NCBI GenBank assembly: GCA_015680685.1
Contig: MNCI01002198.1
Coordinates: forward strand, 62,001 to 126,000
Direction: 5' to 3'
Length of the DNA: 64,000 nt
Source: Gnetum montanum
Taxonomy: Eukaryota; Plantae; Gnetophyta
How positions within the stretch are numbered: the first letter of the stretch is position 1; each line of letters starts with the position of its first letter. This document shows, piece after piece, positions 49,901-61,560 of the stretch. The notes under the pieces were generated by a model, which was not told where the DNA came from, searched no databases, and saw only the letters and a program-made list of their open reading frames with translations. The translations under genes were made by a program, and so were the position numbers.

Positions 49901-52900
49901 CAATTTGACACCCCCATGACTATTATTAAAATTAGTTAGACGAAAGATAGAACAAATAGAGGATTGTTGGGTGGACTGGGTAGACTCCTTGGAATTTTCG
50001 TAATAGAATTTGACCTATTGGATATTGACAAGGATGGGCTTATGTGGATAGGATGGGTGGTAGATATGTAAGACACCAAATGGATAAATGGCTTCAACAA
50101 TGCATGGTCCCTCTCAAAGTGTCTAAAATTTGGCTTTTTGGGATAAATGATTAGGATTATAGTAAAGGGCCTTATCACCTAGTTGTATAGTTACGTGCCT
50201 TATCCATGTATCATGCCTAAGTTTGGAGTAATGCTTATGGACTTCACTACTCATGAGTGCTACCAGCCTATTCTCATCTCAAAGATTTAGGTTCATGAGA
50301 TGCGCCTTTTGTGCTAAGCTCAGATCAAGGTCAAGTTCACTAGTAGCAGCTAAAGTGTGGAGCTTTGCTTGGATCAAGAGTATTGGCAACTTGTCATAGA
50401 CCAACTCATATGGTGAGTACCCTATAGGTAGTTTCCAAGATGTCCTATAGGCCCATAGAACATCATTCAATTTAGTGCTCCAGTACCTTTTAAACTTACT
50501 AACTGTCCTCGTAAGTATCCTAGTAATTTTATAATTAGTTAATTTGGCTTAACCATTTGATTAGGGGTAATATGATGTTCTTAACTTATGGTTCACCCCA
50601 AGTTGTTGCATGAGCTTTTTAAATGTAGCACCAATGAAATGAGTCCCATTGTCTAATATAAGCATTCTTGGTACTCCAAATCTATTCATCACATGTTGTT
50701 GGAAAATTTTTGCATTGTCTTTTCTATATAGTCTTTTACTGCTACTACCTCTACCCACTTCATATAGTAATCCATAGTCACAATGATGTATCCCTTTCCA
50801 TTCAACATCAGTTGAATGGATTTCATAAAATCAATTTCCCATATGTCAAAAGGTTCAAGTGATTGTATCCAGTGTTGTGGCCCTTTGTATCTAGTTGTAA
50901 CTCCTCCATCTCTTTGGAATCACTCATAAGATTGCGCAAAAGTGTGGATGTCTTTGAACAAGGTAGGCCAAAAGTAGCCTACCATCATCAAGTTGATTAC
51001 CATTCTGCACCTTGCATAATGGCCACCACATGGGCCTCCATGGGCATCCTATAAGATTCTCTGTTAGTCATAATCTAGCACACACCATTTGACAAGTCCA
51101 TCTACACAAATCTTGTATAGATTGCCATTTATTTCCATATATCTGTTTGCTCTACAAAGGAATAGTTCTTGTTGTTTCTTAGTCCATTTAGTAGGAAGCT
51201 CTTATGTTGATAGATATGTTAGGTATTTTGTAGTGCATGTCTTCCTTGTTGCACTTATAACCTGTACTATTTTTATAAACAGATCCTCATCAGGAAATTA
51301 GTCTGATAAAGGTTCTACTTGATCTTTGGGATCCCATTTCAACCCTGATAGATGATCGGCTACCAGATTTTCTATTCCCTTTTTATTGATCATCGTGATG
51401 TTGAATTCTTGCAAAATTATGAACCATCTTATCACTTTGGGACTGACCATTAGTTTCTTCATAAGAAATCGGATGGCACTATGATCGATGTGGACATAAA
51501 TTTGATATCCAAGTAAATAATGTCTAAACTTCTCAAGTGCATACACCACAACCATCCACTCCTTTTCTATTATGGTGTAGTTTAATTATTCTCTAGTGAT
51601 GCTCCTTTTGGCACAATGTATATAGTAAGGTCTCTTTTGATCATCTAATTATGTCAGTACTACACCAAGTGCATAGTTGGAAGCATCGGTCATGATATGA
51701 AAAGGTCTTGACCAATCTAGAGCTTGGAGGATTGGTGTCTCCACTAGTTTCTACTTCAAAGCTTCAAATGCCTTTCACATGACTCTATCCACTCAAAGGG
51801 TGCATCCTTCTTCGTGAGTTCCACGAGCGATTTAGCTATCTTTGAAAAAAAATTTATGAATCTTCTATAGTATCTTGTGTGGCCTAATAATGATTTCACA
51901 TCTTTCACTATTTATGGCCTTTGAGTGATATTTTGGATGACTCCAATTTTTTCAAGATCTACCTTGATGCCTTTTTTTTAGATATTTTATGTTCCAACAT
52001 TATACCTGCTTGGACCATGAGATGGCTCTTCTACCAGTTGAGCTTAAGATTAGTTTTGACACATCTTTTTAGTACCTACTTTAATCAGTCCAGTGCTTGT
52101 TTGAAATCCAGTGCATATGTTGAAAAATCATCCATAAACACTTATATGCCATTTCTAATTTGCTTTTGGAAGATGCTGAGCACCATTCTTTGGAAGCTAG
52201 CAGGCGCATTGTAAAGATTAAAGGGCATTTGCTTGTAGGCAAACATTTCTCATGGACTGGTGAATGTTGTTTTCTCCTAGTCTTCGAGTGCAATGTGGAT
52301 TTGATTATATCCACTATATCCATCTAGAAAACTATGATATTCATGTCTTGCAATGGTGTCCAAGACCTGATCAACAAATGATAAAGAGAAGTGATCTTTG
52401 AATGTAGTAGCGTTCAACATCTAGAAGTTAATGTAGACTCACCATTTGCCCCCTTTCTTTGGAACAATTAGTAAGAAGCTAACCCATTCACTATCTACAA
52501 TAGGATAGATGAATCCTACCTTAGCAACTTTTCCAACTCTTACTTGACTACTTCTTTTAGTTTAGGATTGAGCCTTCATTGGGGTTGATGTCTTGGTTTG
52601 AGTGCAGGATCAGTATATATTTGGTGTTGACAACTACACAAATCAATTCTTGTGATTTCATCATAAGACCATGTAAAGGTTGTGGGCCATCTGTTTATCA
52701 CTTCTAGCAGCTTCTTTTTTTGTTCTTTTGTTAAAGGAACATTTATTATTACTAGCTTTCTGTTGTTTAAAAATGCATATTCCAATGTGGATGGTAGGGT
52801 CTTCAGTTCCAATAGTTCTAGTTATGTAGTGTCTGGGATCTCCAAGTGTCCCCAGTCTATCTCTTCTTCTTGATTTGTTTGTGGGTGGAAGTGTCTTTCG

Positions 52901-55525
52901 CTTAATTACTCTAATTTATCAGTTTCTTCAATGTAGGCACTAACAATTTGTTCTTCTAGTTCCATGTATATATTTGATTCAATCTCTTCATTTGTAATCA
53001 GCCACCGAGTGCCCTCCTACTATGTGGCTACATCATTTAGACATTTCTACACACATATTTTATCCTCTCATCTAATAGCCCATATTTTTTGCACATAATT
53101 GCATCCATTATCATTGTATGCAATACATGAAACTCTTCATCATTATATAATACCAGCTTCATCCTTTTCAAAAATTTTCAAGGATAAGTCACAAATTCCA
53201 AGCTTAGCATCAACAGTGCCAAGCCAATATTTTTCCATAATAATTGGAAATTTCCCTTTATTTTTTTCCACATGAATGACTAGGAAATTTGCAAGGTAGG
53301 ACTAGTCATTGATGGTTGTAATCACATTGTCCACCTATCCTAGTGGAACTATGATTAACTGGTATGTAAGCCCTAATTGGATGTTACTCTTCTTTAGTAG
53401 TAGTAGATTCCAAGCTTGGTACATGTCTTGGAAGATCAGGTTCACTCTTGACTCAAAATCAAGTAGAGCTTTTCATGGCTTTTGCCCTACTATTTGGTGG
53501 TAAACTAAGGGGCTTTTTGGATCAGTTCATTTTTGTGGAAGGGCCTCTACCTTGATCTAATGCATGATTGTCTGAGTAAGCATGATAGTTGTGACATTTG
53601 AATTTGATGAAGATAGAATCTTGTTGTGTTGAGGAGGATTGGATGTAGATGGAGTGGAATTAGATGTGTTCCCCATTTGTTAAATCTTTTTAGGACTCAT
53701 TCGGAAGAGTGGTCATTTCTTAGGTTGTGATTTGTATGTGATCACATCCTCTTGTGTGCTAATCATCCTTGTTGCACTCTTCTATTGTGGTTGTAATGGT
53801 AATTTCCCTTGCATGATAGGAGAAGACACGAGTGGTAAAGGATTCAAGCATTAATTTGAACCAACTATTGATGGATGCATGTATGGGTTTGAATCTGTTC
53901 TTGGTGGTGTTGGTTTGTGGTACTCAGTTGGGTAGTATTGTGAAGTTTGGATAGTAGCATTACCAAGAGAGATTCGATGTTGTACAAAATATCCATATGG
54001 ATATGGCTGCCTATATGGATATTGTTGGTGAGGTGATGGTACGGCCCACGATTGGGGTTGTTGCCACTGCTGGTAATTTTACTCTTGTGGCTATGGCAAA
54101 GCTTCAATGGGATAGTATGTGGGTTGGAAGTTTTGCTTGTAGCTACATTAAGGGTAAGGTAACCTTTTAGGCATCTATTTCTGAACAGATTTGGGATTGA
54201 GTGCATATGCCCCCATTTCTTGTAAATGTATCATCATTGGACAACATCCCTTGGGGTGTTTGTACTGACACATGGCACATCCTTTCTCATTGGTGGAGCT
54301 AGTGTTTGGACACTCAGCCACTATAGTCACTTTGCCCCTTCATCCAAACTCTTTCTTTTTTTTCTTGTATTTTCCTTTTCCAAAGGCTTGCTCTTTTCTT
54401 TCCTCCATAGTCTTCAATATAGTTGCAAATTTTTCATCTACTAAGTCCCACATTTTCTCTACTTGCATTGTAATATTAGTTACAATATTCTAAATTGGTA
54501 GAGTCTTCTTTTAGATTGCCTGTTCTAAGGTTTTCTCTTCTTAGGTATCACAAACTTGTGCATCTCTTTTCCTAATGGATGAGTCTCTATTATACTCCTT
54601 TGCTAATTATCACTTTCTTAACTCACCCTCTTCCTTTGCCACTTGGTCAATTAGTCTTTAGATTCGATAGGAAATCATCTCTGATAATCTGCCTTAGGCA
54701 TAAACACCAATGGTCTTTCTAGTCTTATTTCTTAACCCATCTACAATGTGCCTTAGTTGCTCCGATTGTGAGAATCCATGGCCTAGGCATATGTGTAGTA
54801 GTGAATAGCACCTACCCATTGCTGCATCAAGGGTTTCATGAGTCCCTTTCTTCCATCCTTGGATTTTTTTTCTTAATCTCTAGCATGGTACTCCATCTTT
54901 TGATTAATTCAAGTTTGAGTGATCTATACCAACTCTCTACCTCTTTCAAAAGTGTTCTTGGAAACAACTGCAACTTTTTCCTGTTACTTTAAATGTTTTG
55001 TAGGGTGTAGGCATCATGGAAAGCTTGGAGGTGGTTTTGTGGATCAACATTATAACCACCTTCAAATCTTAGCATGTTATTCATATCAAGTCATTTGATA
55101 CAAGTATCTTTCACGTGCCTGGCTAAAATGTAAATAACTACCTAGATGTTGATCATGCTTTGGGTTGCCATTAGGGGTTCATCATCATGATTGGGTTTAT
55201 GTGCTCTATTGTAGTGGCTCCCCCTTCTACATAGATCTACAGGCTACATCAACTTATCTTTAGCTTCTCTCCTATTTGACAAGGTCCCTGTCTTTAGCTT
55301 TATCTCTTATACGTTGGCAAAGCAAATGGATGATTCCTAAAAGAATGGTTGTCAGGAATTTATACTCACATAAGCATGCCAAGGTTAGTCTAATAAGTAA
55401 TTCTAATGGAAAAAATAAAATTAAAAGGAAAATACAATTAATTTAAATTTCTAGAAATGGAAATAAAATAACATTTCTAAAAGGATATATATCCAACATT
55501 GGTGATGAGGACATCACCCAACCCA
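43961..55525 (-). mobile_element. degenerate Athila-like Ty3/Gypsy element: gag (about 54600-55280), protease, RT, RNase H, integrase (down to about 49950), extra ORF, PPT, 3' LTR 43961-44858
   Basis: Gag DPQNHL, protease ALLD..S.VNL, ELKTLPSTLEYAFL, DHFSLSFVDQ..FLD.YSGYNQI, VVYALEKFRHYLLG, NLVADHLS, RFGVPRMLILDNGTHF and LWAYRT. PPT CATGGGGGTA directly precedes the LTR TG. The 5' LTR is missing or disrupted. Confidence 0.88.
45050..47800 (-). pseudogene. degenerate extra ORF between pol and the 3' LTR (coiled-coil, Athila ORF2/env-like position)
   Basis: A chain of minus-strand ORF fragments, including VTINIE*VFISYSVKAIAEVLNVLDEG, a heptad-rich segment and EYMGLANLRYGNLAMLIVGRPRNELE. Confidence 0.65.
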
Positions 55526-56829
55526 TGTAACATCCTCAAACTATATTTTTTATGTGTTCTTTTATACCTTAAGTGTGTTTGTGTTTTTGTATTATTCTGC
55601 ATGTTCAAGAGGCAAGAAAATGCAATTGGAAGTACATTCCACTTATGGAACTTTTGGGAAGAGTTTTAATATTTAATAGTTCTCTCTATCAAGACATATC
55701 TAGGCCAGTCAAGATGTCTCTAGGTAGGCCAAGATGCCTCATTCTAAAGGAATAAGTCTCCTAAGATTGGTGACACCTCGAGAGAGATGTCTCCTCCAGG
55801 ACATCTCCTACAAGACATCTCCTCTAAGATGTCTCTCCTAACTCCAAGACATCTTCTTTGAGATATGGCTATTTTAGGAAGGACGTCTCCTGCTTCTTCA
55901 AGATGTCTCATACAAATTCCAATGAACTTTAATTTGAATCCCAAATGGGAGGAAAGACAAAGGGACATTTGGAAGAGACTATAAAAAGGCATCCAAGCTT
56001 TTCATTTGAAGATGGGAGAGAGGAGTGAATTGTGAGAGAGTTTTGGAAGAGAGTTGAGAATAGAAGGTTGAGCTCCAATTGAGCTTCCATTAAGTTTCTC
56101 TGCTATAAGTCTTTCAGCCATTGCGAGTTGTGTGTTGTGTAAGGAGTTATGAGTATGATTCTCTTTAGCCCTTGTCTATCCTTGGGTAGTTTGCTTTTAG
56201 CCGTGTAATTCTCTCATGATTTTGCAAGAATAAAGAACTATTTTCCTTTCTTGTTTTAATTCATCTTGTAACTTTGAAGATTAGATTTTCACTTTTGGTA
56301 TTGAAGCATTGGTCCTCACCAATTGGCCCTCTACTACCTAATAGCTAGGTCATCTCCAAGAACTAGCCAAAGGCCAAAAGTACAAACTAAATACAAATAA
56401 ATAGGGAACTACCTTATACTATCTTACTCAAAATAAAATACCAATAAATAATAATTAATTTATTAATTTTTGACCAATCACAAAAGCATACCAAACACAC
56501 CTCACATAGTATATCACATAACTAATGTAGAACCCCATGTGTTAATGAACCATTCAATACTTGATGCTTACTTACTAAAAACTCCAACAAAGGGGTTAGT
56601 ACACATATGCTTAAAAATAAAAAAATCATTAAAATACCAAAATATGCACATAAAATTAACGATAAGGCACATAACTCAACTAGGTAATAAGCCCAAACAT
56701 ATACATCATAACAAACATCTACATAACATAAGGTGCAAACACAAAGCAAAGGCTAATAAACAAAAAAATCAAAGGTTCAAATCAAAGAGATGCTAAGTCG
56801 GAAAGGGTGTCTATAATAGGGGTGTTACA
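55526..56829. mobile_element. Gypsy-type LTR (solo or composite)
   Basis: Termini TGTAACATCC...GGGGTGTTACA, TATA-like CTATAAAAAGG at about 55979 and AGA(T/C)(G/A)TCTC repeats at 55690-55910. No matching TSD (ACCCA/TGAAT). Confidence 0.7.
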
Positions 56830-57644
56830 TGAATGGAATTTTGAGGTATACTCATCTTAGAACAATATTAAGGTCATTGAATGGTTAGCATACTTGACTT
56901 AACTCACTCTCCAAGATGGAATCTTACTTATTTCCATTATAATTTCTTGAAGGTATTTAGTTGACCAATCTTGAAGGGGTGGATTGAGAAGCTCTCTAAA
57001 ATCTCTCTATCTTTTCTATAGGTAAACTCCCTTATGTTTGAGACAAATATAATAGCTTGCTATGTAGATTGCATGATCCTTTTACTTCTACTTGTTGATA
57101 GCTCTTTGTGTGGTAGTCCATTGCATAAATTGTCTTAGTAGAAGATGCATCAATTCCTTTATGATTAACAAAAGGTATGAAAAATTACATCTTTCTTTTA
57201 CCTCTTTTTATCAATGATCATCTTTCTTTGGATGGAGAAAAATCCTTATATATGTCTTATGCACTAATGTTGGGTTAGATTTTAGCTCATGGTTGGATCC
57301 CACTCTTCGCTACTCTATCACTAATGACTTACATGCAATTGGCTAATGTGTCTTCCCTTTCCTAAATAAAATGGATTAAGTACAAGACATCAAAAACCAA
57401 ATCTTATCCCTGATGACTATGATACATATTTAGATCAAGGTCATTCCAAACATGATTCTTTAAGGAAAGTTCTCTTTCTATAGGCATCAAATTAGCATAC
57501 AACCCAAAATTTAGCTTTTCATGTAAACCATAAAAGGATTATTTTCTCACTAAATTTGTTTGGAAATTAATATCTCTTTTTTTTCATGGTTCTAGTTACA
57601 AGATTAATAGGTAAATTTCCCATAGCCTCCAATCCTTGAACAGT

Positions 57645-60600
57645 TGATGAGTAATGGGTAGTCCCTATGCCCAATCATACGAATCATTAGCATGTATGCG
57701 TGATTCGATCAAGCTCCATTTAAATTATTTACCTAAGTGGTTGATATTCCTAGATGGTGAAATATGTAGTCGCTAGTCATTGTCTTCCCAATCAACACTT
57801 GTGTTAATCCTTGCTTATGATTAAGTGTGATTGAGATGAAAGATAGTTATTTTTATACTTTTTATTATTTTCTCTACTTACAAAATGATTAAGTGAATAA
57901 AGATCTAATATTTAAATTAACTAACTAATTACTTAATTAAGTAGCCTAAATGTGAAGTACTTAATTAAATAAGTAGCCTAAATGTGAAGTATCCATTTCC
58001 ACCTTATGTACACATCTTGAATATATACTAATGCTATTGGGTTGTCAAGTATATACTACTGGACATACTAAGTATTCATTGCTAGGATTACTAAGCATTA
58101 ATATATTATGCTTGAAGTGGTCATACTCATGTTGCTTACAAACAACAAAATTAATTACTTACTAGTAAGAATGTAAATTGCATGTAAAGTAGATTGCTAG
58201 AAAGTAAAGTTATGTTAATCCAAATTGCTACAACACATAGAAGAAATTTTGATTTTATTTCTACTCATGCAAATGTGTCTAGGTACATGTGCACTCAAAT
58301 AAAATACCATATAATCACTTGAATCCATGCTATAGACACAAAGAAAAAATATTTTAACTTTTATGGAAAGAAACTGTAAGCATTCAGCTAAGGGAATGAT
58401 TGAAAGATGTCATAAATGTGAGGGGTATGCACATTTATGTAGGTAATGCCTATGGTAGCATCAATGTACCTACATTAATGCATCCTACAATGCATTGATG
58501 GGGCTATGTTAATAGACTTGCATTGATGCAGTTGTCTTATTAATGTTTATTCATACCGCCATGACTAACTGAAGACTTATCCTTGAGTGAACAAAAATAG
58601 AATCAAGATTCTTATAAAATTTATGGAATTATGGAATTTTATTAACTAAATGATAAACTAACCAATTGATTGACTAACTTTGAATGCCATATTGCACAAA
58701 TTATAAAATTGATGCAAAGTAAACAAAATTGAACAGTTTGACAAAAATAACAAGAGCTTGCTGAATGGATGAAATTAGTATGCAATCTTCATATAGTGCA
58801 TGGAGGTGGAGGCTCTTGAGCTTTGACGATCCTTCATCACATCTTGATGCTAGTTGAGGTTGTGGCTATCCTACTATTGCTACCACAAAGTTGAAGGCAT
58901 CTAGGAGTGCCTTTATTTTCTCCTCTTTACTACGTGAGTCATGAATGGTCCAAGTTGCTTCACCTAGACTTGCTAGTGTTGGGATATCCCATGGGCATGG
59001 CAGTGAATATTTCTTTCATGTTCACAAAACCAAGTTGTGAATTGTTTAAGCTCAAAATCAAGTATACGGAGAAGATTTTGTAGCTCTTGATGGTCATTCA
59101 TTCTTCTCGCTAGGTTCTTAGCAATAGATTATTGATTTGTAAACTTGCTCCTAAGAACTTCAAGCTCTACATTGGCCCCCTCCACCTTGTGCTTTGTCTT
59201 CTTATGGAGCTTGAACTCTACCTTGTAAAGGAGGTAAGAGTTGGTGACTCGCTTTTCTAGCTCAGTTCTGGGCCTCCCCACAGTTAGCATTACCAAGTTT
59301 GCATAATGAAGGTTGGTAAGCTCCATGTACTCAGTCATCTATTCAATTTACACCTCCTTCATGTGAATCTCTACTTGATTGTATGCATTGAGTCCATCAA
59401 AGATGGGATGCCATGTATCACATTGTTGTTGAAGTTGTAGAATGACCTTAGTCACCTTCACCTTCACCAAATTTATTTCTTTTTCATTAACCTCCTTGAG
59501 CATTTCGACCTAGTTCTTATTATGATTCTTACTCTTTCAAACTTCAAGGCTTCATTTTTCTAGGTAGCAATCTCAATGGTAGTCTTTTGGTGAAGGGTCT
59601 AAACCTCTTTCATTGAGAGATTCCAATTTTCTATAGTCAACCTCCTCAAATCCAAGTTTACCATGGCAAAATGTTCTTGCTATTGGTAAATATATTCTAC
59701 CATTTGTTTTTTTGCTACTTAACATTACACAAGTGGTGGTTATCATGGGTAAGTACTAGGTTTTCTTTAAGAACTTATGAGAGATCACAATTAGTATTGT
59801 TGATTATGGCCTCTAATATTTATGTCTTGAAGATCACAATTCCTTTTACATTCTTAGCCTTTTAATATTTTTGTTGAAGCTATTGAAAAGCTTCATCCCT
59901 TATCATCTCTAGCTTGAGAATGATTGGATTAGAGAGACAAACTCTGAGTTCTACAATTTCAATAGTTAATTGTCGATTGGTAATGGTGGCCTTCTTAAGT
60001 TGTGCATTGGCAGTTAGTAACTTGTCCTTTTTCTCTAAGAGTTGCGACTATTTTGGTATTATATCATGTGGTAGATCGAAGATCTCCAAAAGTGGTATCC
60101 TGGCTTCCACTAGTGACTCCAATACTTCTTCATGTTGGACAACTTTCAATCATCTACTCCATGCTCTTGCTGATGCATGGATGTTTGCCATGGAAATAAT
60201 GTCTAGTATAGATGCATCATGAGCATTAATGACTTTCCTAACTCTATGTGCCATTACCTCTACCATTATTTCTTAGTCCTTATGTGGCATGACTAAGACC
60301 ATTGCTTCTTCTCCTTCCTCTAGCATGGGAAAGAAGGTTTTTGCATTCCTTGAAATTTCAGGAAATACTTATCCTAGGATAGACACATTAACATATATGG
60401 TACTAGAATTGGGTTAAATGGATGCCTAGTTTCTTTGTGCTAAAAATAGCAGTTCCATCTCACTACCTAGCCAATTGATGGTTCTTTTAATCTCATTGAG
60501 GTAACTCTTGGCTAGATTGTAGACAAATGATTCCCCACCACCTATAGAGCCTTATTATTACTATAGCTATTTCTCTTGGAGTTTTCTTAAGATTCTTAGT

Positions 60601-61560
60601 AGATGCAAGCATCTTTGATGTTGTTTTTGATGCTGTAGGTGGTGGTGGTGGTTGATGAGTGGTGAGGTACCCCTACACTCAACCATACAAATACGAGCGT
60701 ACACGCGCGATTCGGTCGAACTCCGTAGACTAAATGCCTTAACGCCACAAGAAACACTTGGGGTTAATCGTTCGTTGTCTTCCCAGGCTTGCTTGTAAGT
60801 GTCACGGTGTATGGTTAAGCAAGTCTGAGGTATGTGATTTTTTTGGTATTTTCGGCTTATCTTCTATGCTACCAGGAGAAAGGGTTGAGAAACNNNNNNN
60901 NNNNNNNNNNNNNNNNNNNNNNNNNNNNNNNNNNNNNNNNNNNNNNNNNNNNNNNNNNNNNNNNNNNNNNNNNNNNNNNNNNNNNNNNNNNNNNNNNNNN
61001 NNNNNNNNNNNNNNNNNNNNNNNNNNNNNNNNNNNNNNNNNNNNNNNNNNNNNNNNNNNNNNNNNNNNNNNNNNNNNNNNNNNNNNNNNNNNNNNNNNNN
61101 NNNNNNNNNNNNNNNNNNNNNNNNNNNNNNNNNNNNNNNNNNNNNNNNNNNNNNNNNNNNNNNNNNNNNNNNNNNNNNNNNNNNNNNNNNNNNNNNNNNN
61201 NNNNNNNNNNNNNNNNNNNNNNNNNNNNNNNNNNNNNNNNNNNNNNNNNNNNNNNNNNNNNNNNNNNNNNNNNNNNNNNNNNNNNNTATTTATAGATATG
61301 GCGGCGGGACGCGATATCGCGTACGCGATATCGTAGGAGAAGACGCGATATCGCGGCCTAGTGCAAGTCATGGCTCATTAGTGGTGATGGCTACTCCTCT
61401 TCTTGCAACTTGGCAACAACTTTATCCTTCATCATCTCTTGCCATGATGTGGTAGAAGTGTGGTAGACTACATCATTAGAGTAGCCACTATGCCCATCCA
61501 CCTCAATTTCTTTTCTTAAAATCCTATGCCTCAAGATAATGTCATCTCAGATCATTAAGT
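57645..61560 (-). mobile_element. 3' part of a second Athila-like element (LTR 57645-58553, PPT, extra-ORF relic)
   Basis: LTR end TGATGAGTAATGG resembles 43961. The PPT/flank TCATACCGCCATGACTAACT is homologous to TCATACCCCCATGACTAACT at 44856. The extra-ORF motif is shared. The right boundary is approximate. Confidence 0.78.
60653..61380 (-). mobile_element. young solo LTR with TSD GTGGT (contains an N-gap)
   Basis: Termini TGATGAG...CTCATTA, GTGGT at 60648-60652 and 61381-61385, CpG-rich with CGCGATATCGCG palindromes. Its left end is homologous to the LTR ends at 43961 and 57645. Confidence 0.85.

Noticed and set aside
60758-61371. ORFs spanning 60894-61286
   Set aside because: Artefacts of translating the N-gap.
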